From: a virus
Reading direction: 5' to 3' (one strand)
DNA: 64,000 nucleotides
IMG/VR virus record: IMGVR_UViG_3300020463_002275
Location: 117,935 to 181,934 of that record
Shown: piece by piece, positions 21,148 to 29,635 of the stretch
How positions within the stretch are numbered: the first letter of the stretch is position 1
Layout: each line of letters opens with the position of its first letter
Translations under genes and position numbers: made by a program
Notes under the pieces: generated by a model
What the model saw: only the letters and a program-made list of their open reading frames with translations
Databases searched by the model: none
Told to the model about the DNA's origin: nothing

Positions 21148-21468
21148 ATGGCAACAGGAAGAATAGGCGCATCAGATTTATCAGGAGGAGCAAATACTAC
21201 AGTGTATACGTGTCCTACAGATAACTATGCGGTTGCAAGTATAAACCTTTGCAACAGAGGAAACCAGGCAACGTCAATAAGAATTGCTGTTGCCGCTTTG
21301 GATACACCAGTAAATGGTGAATACATTGAGTACGACACTGAATTACTGTCCAAAGGTGTCCTAGAACGAACAGGTATCGTGCTAGCCGCAGGACAAAAAA
21401 TTGTATGTTACGCTTCAGGGGCTAACATATCAGCAGTCGCTATGGGCATTGAAACGTCTACAGCATAA
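21148..21468 (+). CDS. Small beta-sandwich virion protein, probable fibre partner
   Basis: TTVYTCPTDNYAVASINLCNR...GIVLAAGQKI; paralog of 10023..10352; SD GGAG. Confidence 0.55.
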   Translation: MATGRIGASDLSGGANTTVYTCPTDNYAVASINLCNRGNQATSIRIAVAALDTPVNGEYIEYDTELLSKGVLERTGIVLAAGQKIVCYASGANISAVAMGIETSTA

Positions 21469-21471
21469 ATA
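21465..21471 (+). promoter_or_regulatory. Late-like promoter ATAAATA
   Basis: Overlaps the preceding stop codon; upstream of SD AGGAGA and ATG 21492. Confidence 0.55.
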
Positions 21472-21491
21472 CATAGGAGAAGGATAAAACC

Positions 21492-21824
21492 ATGGGAAGA
21501 TATATAACAACAATAGGTACTGCTGGTGCTACTACTAAAGAAGTTAGTACAACATTCAGTGCCACGGTAAATGATAGAATATTAGCAAATACTGCTAGTA
21601 GTGCATACACTATTACATTACCAGCCAACGCTTCGTTGTTAGATGGCGATATAGTACAAATTATTGACATCTCAAACAATGCGGCAAGTAATAATCTTAC
21701 TATAGGTAGAAACGGAAGTTTAATGAACGGTGCCGCAGAAAATCTAACTATTGACGTTAGTGGCGCTATCGTAACTTTAATTTACTCAGGTTCTACATAT
21801 GGTTGGATAATTGGCTCGGTATAA
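21492..21824 (+). CDS. Single-domain protein resembling the T4 gp34-type proximal fibre repeat
   Basis: TITLPA...GDIVQIID...NNLTIGRNG...LIY...GW pattern typical of this phage fibre repeat. Confidence 0.55.
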   Translation: MGRYITTIGTAGATTKEVSTTFSATVNDRILANTASSAYTITLPANASLLDGDIVQIIDISNNAASNNLTIGRNGSLMNGAAENLTIDVSGAIVTLIYSGSTYGWIIGSV

Positions 21825-21836
21825 TAGGAGAAGTAC

Positions 21837-22793
21837 ATGGCATCATTAGAAGCATTAATCAAAGCGAAATCACCTAGTTCAGCAGAGGACAACTTAGAAA
21901 CAGGTAGAATTTACAGTTTCACTGAAGGTAATACTTACACCAAGTTTTGTAAGTGTTCATGCTGGTGTCCATGTTCAAACGGTACTGCAATAATTGAAGT
22001 TTGGGGCGCAGGCGGCTCAGGCGCAAAGATGTGTTGCTGTGGTAATGGATTACCAGGTAACTCAGGCGCATATTCAAAAACAACAAAAGTAATGACAACA
22101 TCAGATTACATGTACGGTTGTACAGGGTTTGCATGTGGTAACTCAGACGCACTATGTTTTAGAGGTTGCTCAGAACCAACAGCGGTTTGTATGGTAGCGG
22201 CCGCAGGAAACAGTTGTATGTGTGCCAGAGGCGGCAAAGGTGGAGTAAGTATTTGCTCAACATCACCAAGCATGTACTGTTGCTTTAGAGCAAACGGATT
22301 TTGTTATACTAACACAGGACCAAACTGTGGTACAATATGTAATCAGTGTAGCGGACAATGGGACGCTATTGCATATGGTGGAGATTTAAACAGATGTGGA
22401 AACATATCATGCATGGGCTTTCATGGTTGCTATCCGTCATGTGTATGTTTATTTAGAGGCATGGTTGCGTTTCCTCCAGGAATGATTGCAGAGTGCGGTG
22501 GAGTTGTACAATACGGTATGTCAGATGACTCATCACACTCACGTTGGTCAGGAATGGGACAATTTGAAGCAACTGCCGCAATTAACGGTACAGGTAGATC
22601 ACCAGGTCAAGGGTTAACATGGAAAGCATGTTACCAAGGTGATACTAGTTGTGGTTGTTATAATACAAACGGTTGTCAAAGTACAATGCCATATGGCGTA
22701 GGTGGTCCAGGACCTCAACCTTGTCCAGGCGTGAGAGATCACGCAACACGTGGTGGTATGGGTGCAATTAGAATTAAGTTTATAGAAAGTTAG
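21837..22793 (+). CDS. Cys-rich glycine-rich-domain protein (adhesin-like)
   Basis: EVWGAGGSG...GNSGAY N-motif and GGMGAIRIKF C-motif of phage Gly-rich domains; 33 Cys in 318 aa (hand count). Confidence 0.65.
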   Translation: MASLEALIKAKSPSSAEDNLETGRIYSFTEGNTYTKFCKCSCWCPCSNGTAIIEVWGAGGSGAKMCCCGNGLPGNSGAYSKTTKVMTTSDYMYGCTGFACGNSDALCFRGCSEPTAVCMVAAAGNSCMCARGGKGGVSICSTSPSMYCCFRANGFCYTNTGPNCGTICNQCSGQWDAIAYGGDLNRCGNISCMGFHGCYPSCVCLFRGMVAFPPGMIAECGGVVQYGMSDDSSHSRWSGMGQFEATAAINGTGRSPGQGLTWKACYQGDTSCGCYNTNGCQSTMPYGVGGPGPQPCPGVRDHATRGGMGAIRIKFIES

Positions 22794-22808
22794 GAACAGG
22801 AGTAGAAT

Positions 22809-23765
22809 ATGCCAGGATTAAAAGCATTATTAGCAAGCAGAGCGTCCCCGTTCACTGAGACAAACCTTGAAAAAGGTAAGGTATGGTCGTACTCTAACAT
22901 TGCTACATATTCAACGTATCCAGGTTGCTTTTGTTGGATATCACCAGGATCAGGAGCAGTTACATTAGAAGTATGGGGTGCAGGCGGAGGCGGTTCGAGA
23001 ATGTGTTGTTGTTCAGCAACAATATCAGGTAACTCAGGCGCATACGCAAGAAAAGAACTTACAGTAGCATCAGGCTGTTGGATCTGCGGACACGCAGGCA
23101 AAAGTTGTCGAAATGGTAGTCTCTGTCATAGAGGCTGTTCAGAACCAGGCAAAGTTTGTTGGACAGGTAACAGCGGATCAAATGGCTGTATGTGTGCTCA
23201 GGGCGGTTGGTCAGGAGCAAGTTGGTGTACAACAGGAACTGCACGTAGATGTTGTTTCTCAGCAAACAGTTGGTGCTATACAGGATACAGTGGCTATTGT
23301 GGTCTTGTATGTAATGCATGTAACAACAGTTGGAAAAACAGTGCATACGGCGGAGATATCAATCGAGGCGGTGTAAACAGTTGTGTAACTTTTTGGCATT
23401 GTTATCCAAACTGTAACTGTTCAACTATCCATCACACTGCATTGCCACCAGGCATGTTTAGTGAATGTGGCGGTGTTGCATCTTATAGTTTAGATGATGA
23501 TAACGGTCACGGTAGATGGTCTGGACAGGCACTAAATGGTTACCAATCGGCACTAAATTCTCTGTCAAGAATGCCAGGCGGTGGTACATATTGGTCAAAC
23601 TGTTGGAACGGTGTTCGAGCATGTGGTTGTTATGATACGCAGGGTTGTTCAATGTATGTGCCACACGGTTCAGGTGGTCCAGCGGCGACTCCATGTTCGG
23701 GTGTTAGAGATAACGGCTGGGCAGGTGGCGATGCCTTAATTAGAATCAAATACTTAGAATCTTAA
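22809..23765 (+). CDS. Cys-rich glycine-rich-domain protein, tandem paralog
   Basis: Same length and motifs (EVWGAGGGG, MCCC, GCSEP, PPGM, GGDALIRIKY); 30 Cys in 318 aa (hand count). Confidence 0.65.
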   Translation: MPGLKALLASRASPFTETNLEKGKVWSYSNIATYSTYPGCFCWISPGSGAVTLEVWGAGGGGSRMCCCSATISGNSGAYARKELTVASGCWICGHAGKSCRNGSLCHRGCSEPGKVCWTGNSGSNGCMCAQGGWSGASWCTTGTARRCCFSANSWCYTGYSGYCGLVCNACNNSWKNSAYGGDINRGGVNSCVTFWHCYPNCNCSTIHHTALPPGMFSECGGVASYSLDDDNGHGRWSGQALNGYQSALNSLSRMPGGGTYWSNCWNGVRACGCYDTQGCSMYVPHGSGGPAATPCSGVRDNGWAGGDALIRIKYLES

Positions 23766-23776
23766 TGGAAATCTTA

Positions 23777-23783
23777 ATAAATA
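23777..23783 (+). promoter_or_regulatory. Late-like promoter ATAAATA
   Basis: Intergenic, upstream of SD GGAG and ATG 23805. Confidence 0.55.
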
Positions 23784-23804
23784 AAGAGTAATGGAGATAT
23801 AGAA

Positions 23805-24500
23805 ATGAACAAAACTTTTACAGTAACTTACGCAGATGAGCCGTATAAAACGACCACTGCGAAAGGAAATACGTTTGAATGTACGTATACAGGTCCAAGA
23901 TGGATCTTAGCACAAGTCGACAAAGATGACGACCAAGTTAGAGAAGCAGGACGTAGTGATTCGTCAGCAGACGATACAGCGTTAGATGCATCTGGTTACG
24001 AGCCAGATGAATATGATTACATCGTAATGGATGCTAACGAAAGCGACGATATGGCTATGCGTTGTGCATTTATTACAGATGAATACACACACCCAGATGT
24101 AGCAGATTATTCAGAAGAAATCACTGATGCAGATGGCGTCAAGTACACATGGGAACATGTATATGAAGGTACAACTGGCATGTTAGCACACATTTATGTA
24201 AGTGACAGCCTATTATACAATCATGAATCAAAAACTTGGAGAAATCCGGTTTTACGTGAGCATAACAACGCAAGAGATGATACATTGGCTACATGGGCCG
24301 CAATGGCCGCAGGTATTAGACGTGCATTATCATCAGCAGGTGACGCACACAATAACTTAACAGATGCCGAAAAGAAAACATTAGGTGATCATGCTACATG
24401 GTTAGAGTCTATTCCAACAAAATATGCAGATATTAATCATTGGAAAATTCCTTATCCAGATACAGTATTACCAAATTATGTAGATCCAGCGGATCAATAA
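23805..24500 (+). CDS. Acidic protein, putative fibre assembly chaperone
   Basis: C-terminus LTDAEK...WLESIP...WKIPYP resembles tail-assembly chaperone endings; follows the adhesin-like genes. Confidence 0.4.
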   Translation: MNKTFTVTYADEPYKTTTAKGNTFECTYTGPRWILAQVDKDDDQVREAGRSDSSADDTALDASGYEPDEYDYIVMDANESDDMAMRCAFITDEYTHPDVADYSEEITDADGVKYTWEHVYEGTTGMLAHIYVSDSLLYNHESKTWRNPVLREHNNARDDTLATWAAMAAGIRRALSSAGDAHNNLTDAEKKTLGDHATWLESIPTKYADINHWKIPYPDTVLPNYVDPADQ

Positions 24501-24526
24501 AAACTAAAATTTCTATATCCAATCTT

Positions 24527-24576
24527 AATCGGATTCAACAGTATTTTTTATAACTATTGTTGAGTCCGATTTTTTT
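24527..24576 (+). terminator. Long hairpin with U-tract
   Basis: AATCGGATTCAACA / TGTTGAGTCCGATT 14-bp stem (one G-U) followed by a T-run. Confidence 0.6.
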
Positions 24577-24592
24577 ATGGAGACAATTATAG

Positions 24593-25561
24593 ATGACTAG
24601 AAGTAAAGCATTTTTTCTAAACGGTGGCGCAGGACGTATGCTATGTTCAATACCTGCACTTGAATTATATGAACAAAAGTCAGGTGATAAAGATTTTGTA
24701 ATAGTATGTGAAGGCGGTACTGACATGTTTAAAGGTCATCCTAAATTACATAAACGTGCATACGATCCTTGGCACAAAAACTTATTTGAAGATATTATCA
24801 AGCATAGACAGGTAGTAAATCCAGAACCATATCAAGTATGGGAATATTACAATCAAAAATGTAATTTATCACAAGCATTTGATATATTACTAAATGATAA
24901 GGGTGTAAGAAAATTAGATAAACCTTATATTAATTTAAGCAAAGACGAAATGCTAGTTGGAAGAAAACTAGTAAACGAAGTTAAAGAAAAAATTAAAAAA
25001 GAAAAAGTAATTGTAGTTCAGCCGTTTGGACGAGGAATCGAAATAATGGACGATACTCCAATTGACACTACTGCACGTAGTTTTGAATTCAAAGATTTAA
25101 AATCATTACTTAAAAAATTAGAAAAAGATTATGCTATTGTAATGATGAGTGAAATGAAAATGGAACTAAAAGGCGAAGGTATTAAACAAGAAGTAGCAAT
25201 GCCTGAAGGACTGTCGTTACGCCAGTGGGCAGGAATGATAAAATTTTGCGATCATTTTTTAGGTTGTGACAGTGTAGGACAACATTTAGCATATGCAGTT
25301 GGTACTCCAACCACAGCAGTAATTGGTGCAACTTTTCCTAGCAACGTAAGTTATCCAGGTAAAGAAGGAATCAAAGTTATTGACTTAGGAATGAATGATA
25401 GATTATATGATCCTATTAGAATTACAGTAGATGAAACTGTTAACAGACATAACGAAAAACTTATGCAAATGGATGATGCTATTCAAGATTATGTAATTGG
25501 TGTAATTAAAGGCGAAATTGATCCAGACGCAGAGGAAAAAACTGCTGAAGCAAAAAAATGA
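24593..25561 (+). CDS. GT9-like glycosyltransferase (heptosyltransferase fold)
   Basis: GGAGRMLCSIPAL N-motif; VIVVQPFG; LRQWAGMIKFCDHFLGCDSVGQHLAYAVGTPTTAVIGAT matches the GT9 signature DSG-x-x-H-LA-x-A-x-G-x-P. Confidence 0.75.
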   Translation: MTRSKAFFLNGGAGRMLCSIPALELYEQKSGDKDFVIVCEGGTDMFKGHPKLHKRAYDPWHKNLFEDIIKHRQVVNPEPYQVWEYYNQKCNLSQAFDILLNDKGVRKLDKPYINLSKDEMLVGRKLVNEVKEKIKKEKVIVVQPFGRGIEIMDDTPIDTTARSFEFKDLKSLLKKLEKDYAIVMMSEMKMELKGEGIKQEVAMPEGLSLRQWAGMIKFCDHFLGCDSVGQHLAYAVGTPTTAVIGATFPSNVSYPGKEGIKVIDLGMNDRLYDPIRITVDETVNRHNEKLMQMDDAIQDYVIGVIKGEIDPDAEEKTAEAKK

Positions 25562-26418
25562 CCCGACTATACGTTTTAGGTTGTTCGTTTACTAATTATG
25601 CTTGGCCTACTTGGGCAGACATGCTAGGCTTAGAATTTGATGAATGGGAAAATTGGGCATTTCCGGGATTAGGAAACAGAGCAATAGCAGAACGTGTTGC
25701 CGAAATTCACGCAAAAAATAATTTAACAAAAGACGATACTGTTATAATACAGTGGACCAGTCATTTAAGACATGACTGGCATGCAACTGATACCAGACAT
25801 CAAGACAATGCAGGCTGGAAAACTTCAGGAAGTTTGTTTAACTATATCAATCAAGAAATATTTGATGAAAAATGGATTAAAACTTTTTGGTCTGAACCTA
25901 GTTATATGATGCATACATTTAACAATATACTATTAACACAAGAATTTTTAAACGGTATAGGATGTAATTGGCGAATGACAAGTATGGGATATATTAATAA
26001 AATGAATAGTGATTATCCTGATGGAGAACACGGAGAACAAACTTCGGATATTGATGTGTGGGACAGTCATCCTAATTTACAAGTGTATAAAAAAGTTTTT
26101 AAAGATAAATCAAAATGGATTAAACCAGTAGGAACATTTGCTTGGAATCATAAATCAAAGCCGTATAAATTTAAATCTATGCAAGATCAAGCAGTGTTTG
26201 CATTAGACAGGCATCCTACTATTACACAACATAAAGACTATTTAAACAAACATATTTTACCTAGTCTAGGTATAAGCCAAAAACAAACCGAAAAAGTAGA
26301 TTATTGGATAGATACTGTTAGTAATGCATATGAAACTAGTCATAGGGATTTTGATTTGTTTTGTGAAACACTTGATAAAGAAATAAGTGATCGTAATAAC
26401 CATTACAGAGGATTTTAA
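25558..26418 (+). CDS. SGNH/GDSL-fold protein (esterase or acyltransferase-like)
   Basis: Block I LGCSFT, block II PGLGN, VIIQWT, C-terminal D-x-H-P (LDRHP); ATGA overlap with the GT9 gene. Confidence 0.6.
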   Translation: MTRLYVLGCSFTNYAWPTWADMLGLEFDEWENWAFPGLGNRAIAERVAEIHAKNNLTKDDTVIIQWTSHLRHDWHATDTRHQDNAGWKTSGSLFNYINQEIFDEKWIKTFWSEPSYMMHTFNNILLTQEFLNGIGCNWRMTSMGYINKMNSDYPDGEHGEQTSDIDVWDSHPNLQVYKKVFKDKSKWIKPVGTFAWNHKSKPYKFKSMQDQAVFALDRHPTITQHKDYLNKHILPSLGISQKQTEKVDYWIDTVSNAYETSHRDFDLFCETLDKEISDRNNHYRGF

Positions 26419-26421
26419 ATT

Positions 26422-28224
26422 ATGAGTAAACCAGTTTGGATAGCAGGTATAGCAAGAGGACATAACGCAGGCGTATGTTTATTAAAAGACGGCGAAGTAA
26501 TATTTGCTGTTGAAGAAGAACGTTTAAGCAGACAAAAATACGACGGTGGACCATTTGCAAGTATAGTGAAAATACTTGAATATACAGATAAGTTAGATTA
26601 TCTTGTTGTTGCCCATACACAAAAATTACAAGAAACAGCAGGTAGAGTTGATTATAGTGGTGATGATGTTTACACAGGATTAGCACGTAAATTAGGTTTG
26701 ATTGATAAAAAGAAAAATGCAACAACATATGAGCATCCACAAGTAATTGACCTTGCATTTATGCATCACAAACTTCATAGTGCTTGTGCATTTTATCGTT
26801 CAGGATTTGATAGTGCAGTAAGTGTTATTGTAGACGGAGCAGGAACTTTTGTTCCTATTGGCGTTAATAATGAACAAGTAATGAGTTGGGAAGTAGAAAG
26901 TATTATTGATTGTGATTATCCGGCTACATTTAATACTATGCATAAAGTTTACGGTACAAGAGACCCTATACCAGGCGGCGTTGTTCAAATGGACAGTACA
27001 CAGTTTGGTGAGAACGGACGTACACACTCAGCAATAGTAAGTGATAGAGCAGGTATTGTTAAAGCATATGAAGCGGCAACTATGTACTGCGGATGGCAAA
27101 GTATTGAAGCAGGAAAAACTATGGGACTATTTCCATACGGAAAACCTAACGATAAATTTCCAAAACTTTTTGATGACACAACAGATTATCCATTAACAAA
27201 TAGAAATATTGTTGTTCCAAATTATCCTAATGGTGCAATGATTAATGCAGGGTTATATGGAGAACTTGCACAATCAGGAAAGTCACCAGAAGATGATTTA
27301 ACTCTATTGCAGAATAGAAGAGATATTGCATATGCTGTACAAACAGAAACACAAGAACAAGTAACTGCTTTAATTAGAAATGCTGTAGAACTATCAGGTA
27401 AAAAAAATGTAGTAATTAGTGGAGGTTATGGACTTAATTGTGTTGCTAACTATCACTACCTAGAACAATTAAAAGATGAAGGTATTAAAATTTATGTTGA
27501 ACCTGTAAGTAATGATGCCGGCACAGCAATGGGTGCCGCTATGATGTTTTGGTATGGATTAGAAGACGAAACTGAAACACGTCAAACACAAACATTATAT
27601 CTTGGACCGCACAACAATTATACAAAAGAAGATATTATAACAAAAGCAGAAGAAGCAGGTGTAGAATTAACAGATGCAACTCATAAAGATGTTGTAAAAT
27701 TAATTACTGATAGAAATATTGTAACAATTTTCCAAGGACAAAGTGAAAATGGTCCTAGAGCATTAGGTAATAGAAGTGTTTTATATGATCCAACAGATCC
27801 AGATGGTAAGGATCATGTTAACAAAGTTAAACATAGAGAATACTTCCGTCCATTTGCAGGTAGTATACTACAAGATGATGTACATGAATGGTTTGATTTA
27901 CGCGGCATGGAAGATAGTCCTAGCATGATGTATGCTGTTAACTGTCAACCAGGCGTGGAAGAAAAAATTCCTGCTATTATCCATGTTGATGGAACATGTA
28001 GAATTCAAACTGTAACACAAGAACAAAACAAACATTACTATGATTTGATTAAAGAATTCAAAAATCAAACAGGTTGCCCAATTATTTTCAATACTAGTTT
28101 TAATTTAGGAGGAGAACCACTAGTTGAAACAGTTGAAGATGCTATTTGGACCTTACAAAATAGTGATATTGAATACCTTTACCTACCAGAATTTAATAAA
28201 TTAATTACGGTTAAAAACACATAG
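26422..28224 (+). CDS. O-carbamoyltransferase (NodU/CmcH/TobZ family)
   Basis: GHNAGVCLLKDG...EEERLSR, HHKLHSACAF, EAGKTMGL, SGGYGLNCVAN, NDAGTAMG, GPRALGNRS, RPFA, NTSFN. Confidence 0.9.
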   Translation: MSKPVWIAGIARGHNAGVCLLKDGEVIFAVEEERLSRQKYDGGPFASIVKILEYTDKLDYLVVAHTQKLQETAGRVDYSGDDVYTGLARKLGLIDKKKNATTYEHPQVIDLAFMHHKLHSACAFYRSGFDSAVSVIVDGAGTFVPIGVNNEQVMSWEVESIIDCDYPATFNTMHKVYGTRDPIPGGVVQMDSTQFGENGRTHSAIVSDRAGIVKAYEAATMYCGWQSIEAGKTMGLFPYGKPNDKFPKLFDDTTDYPLTNRNIVVPNYPNGAMINAGLYGELAQSGKSPEDDLTLLQNRRDIAYAVQTETQEQVTALIRNAVELSGKKNVVISGGYGLNCVANYHYLEQLKDEGIKIYVEPVSNDAGTAMGAAMMFWYGLEDETETRQTQTLYLGPHNNYTKEDIITKAEEAGVELTDATHKDVVKLITDRNIVTIFQGQSENGPRALGNRSVLYDPTDPDGKDHVNKVKHREYFRPFAGSILQDDVHEWFDLRGMEDSPSMMYAVNCQPGVEEKIPAIIHVDGTCRIQTVTQEQNKHYYDLIKEFKNQTGCPIIFNTSFNLGGEPLVETVEDAIWTLQNSDIEYLYLPEFNKLITVKNT

Positions 28225-28243
28225 TTGCCTTTTATCAAACTCC

Positions 28244-28251
28244 GATAAATA
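28244..28251 (+). promoter_or_regulatory. Late-like promoter GATAAATA
   Basis: Intergenic, before 28275. Confidence 0.55.
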
Positions 28252-28274
28252 CTATAAAGCGAGTTTGAATCATT

Positions 28275-28661
28275 ATGGATATACTAAAATACTTAAAACA
28301 AGGTTTGCGTGGTACTATAAATGTGTACGACAGTCATTTTTCTTACGGTAGCACTTGGCAAGCAGTAGAGAGTGCTTTACCACTAGATAGATGGTATCAA
28401 GGTGATTTTGCTAGTGCGGAATACACCATTAGCATTGAACTTGGTACAGATAAAAAAGAAATTATAAAATGTTTATTGACGGCTTCACCGAATGAAGCAA
28501 GCGTAGTAGTGTATGGTAGAGCAAGCACAACTACTGATTTAGTTAGTGTAACTGCACAGGTTACTAATTCTTATGTTGAACTAATATTAAGTCCTAAAAC
28601 TGATGCTCAAAAGGGCTGTAAAGCATCATTTAGCGCCACATATTTTAAGAGTCATACCTAA
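28275..28661 (+). CDS. Small putative structural protein
   Basis: LDRW...ASAEYTI...EIIKCLL...VVYG...VELILSP resembles a common phage fibre beta-domain; has its own late-like promoter. Confidence 0.45.
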   Translation: MDILKYLKQGLRGTINVYDSHFSYGSTWQAVESALPLDRWYQGDFASAEYTISIELGTDKKEIIKCLLTASPNEASVVVYGRASTTTDLVSVTAQVTNSYVELILSPKTDAQKGCKASFSATYFKSHT

Positions 28662-28671
28662 ATCATTGTTA

Positions 28672-28679
28672 GATAAATA
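28672..28679 (+). promoter_or_regulatory. Late-like promoter GATAAATA
   Basis: Intergenic, upstream of SD GGAG and GTG 28700. Confidence 0.55.
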
Positions 28680-28699
28680 TATAAAACTGGAGTGCTAAA

Positions 28700-29632
28700 G
28701 TGGCCGTAGAAGAACGTCAATTTGAATCAGAATTTGGGTTTAAAAGTCCTGGATTTACTGTAGATAAATTAGGTAATATAACTGCAACATCTATCAATGC
28801 GGCAGGAGCAGGTGGCGGAGGAAGTGCATCAGGCGACTTTTCTGTTGCTGAAAGTGGCGGAAATTTCATAGTTACAAGTAATACAGTTATTGTAGGTAGT
28901 GGTGCTAATCCTACACTTGCATTTGTGCGTGGACAAGAATATAGTTTTACACTAAATTTATCTGCCGCACCAATTTCATTTAATATTTTAGATTCAACAG
29001 GCTTAGTAAGATACAACGACGGAATACAACATCAGGCAGAAGATGGTACAACATCAACCGGTGCGGCGGCACAAGGTTTTTCATCAGGTAAAGTTGTGTT
29101 TACTGTTCCTAATACTGCACCAGATACATTGTATTATGGTAATTCTAGTGGAAGTGTTAGAGGAGTTATAAACATTGCCGATCCACTTGCAGTTGATGCA
29201 ACATTTGCTAATCTTACAGCAACAGGAACGACAAGTTTACAAACCTTAACAACAACAGCACTTACATTAAATGGCAATGGTACTGTTACAGGTGACTTAG
29301 CAGTACAAGGAAAGTTGACAGGAGATTCATTAAGTGTAAATGGATTAGGTGTTGCAGAATTTAATGCAGGAACAAATATTGTTTTACGTGCAGGAAACAA
29401 ATTAGATTTTATAATAAATGATGCTATTGTAGGAAAAATAGACAGTAACGGATCAACTGTTGCAGTAGTTGATACAACAGTTAACAATACAACTATTGGT
29501 GCTACTACAGCATCAACAGGAGCATTTACTTCTGGAACCGTTGCTAGCCAACCAACAACAGCAAATGGCATAAGTAATAAGAAGTATGTAGATAACACAT
29601 CAACAGCATTAGCGATTGCACTTGGGGTATAA
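28700..29632 (+). CDS. Fibre-associated protein with degenerate cupredoxin-like domain
   Basis: NPTLAFVRGQEYSF...VVFTVPNTAPDTLYY parallels ORF 10363 but lacks the Cu ligands; ends ALAIALGV. Confidence 0.55.
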   Translation: MAVEERQFESEFGFKSPGFTVDKLGNITATSINAAGAGGGGSASGDFSVAESGGNFIVTSNTVIVGSGANPTLAFVRGQEYSFTLNLSAAPISFNILDSTGLVRYNDGIQHQAEDGTTSTGAAAQGFSSGKVVFTVPNTAPDTLYYGNSSGSVRGVINIADPLAVDATFANLTATGTTSLQTLTTTALTLNGNGTVTGDLAVQGKLTGDSLSVNGLGVAEFNAGTNIVLRAGNKLDFIINDAIVGKIDSNGSTVAVVDTTVNNTTIGATTASTGAFTSGTVASQPTTANGISNKKYVDNTSTALAIALGV

Positions 29633-29635
29633 TTA

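Noticed and set aside
23113-23376. Alternative-frame ORFs inside the Cys-rich genes
   Set aside because: They arise from the Cys/Gly codon bias of the real frame; no independent signals.
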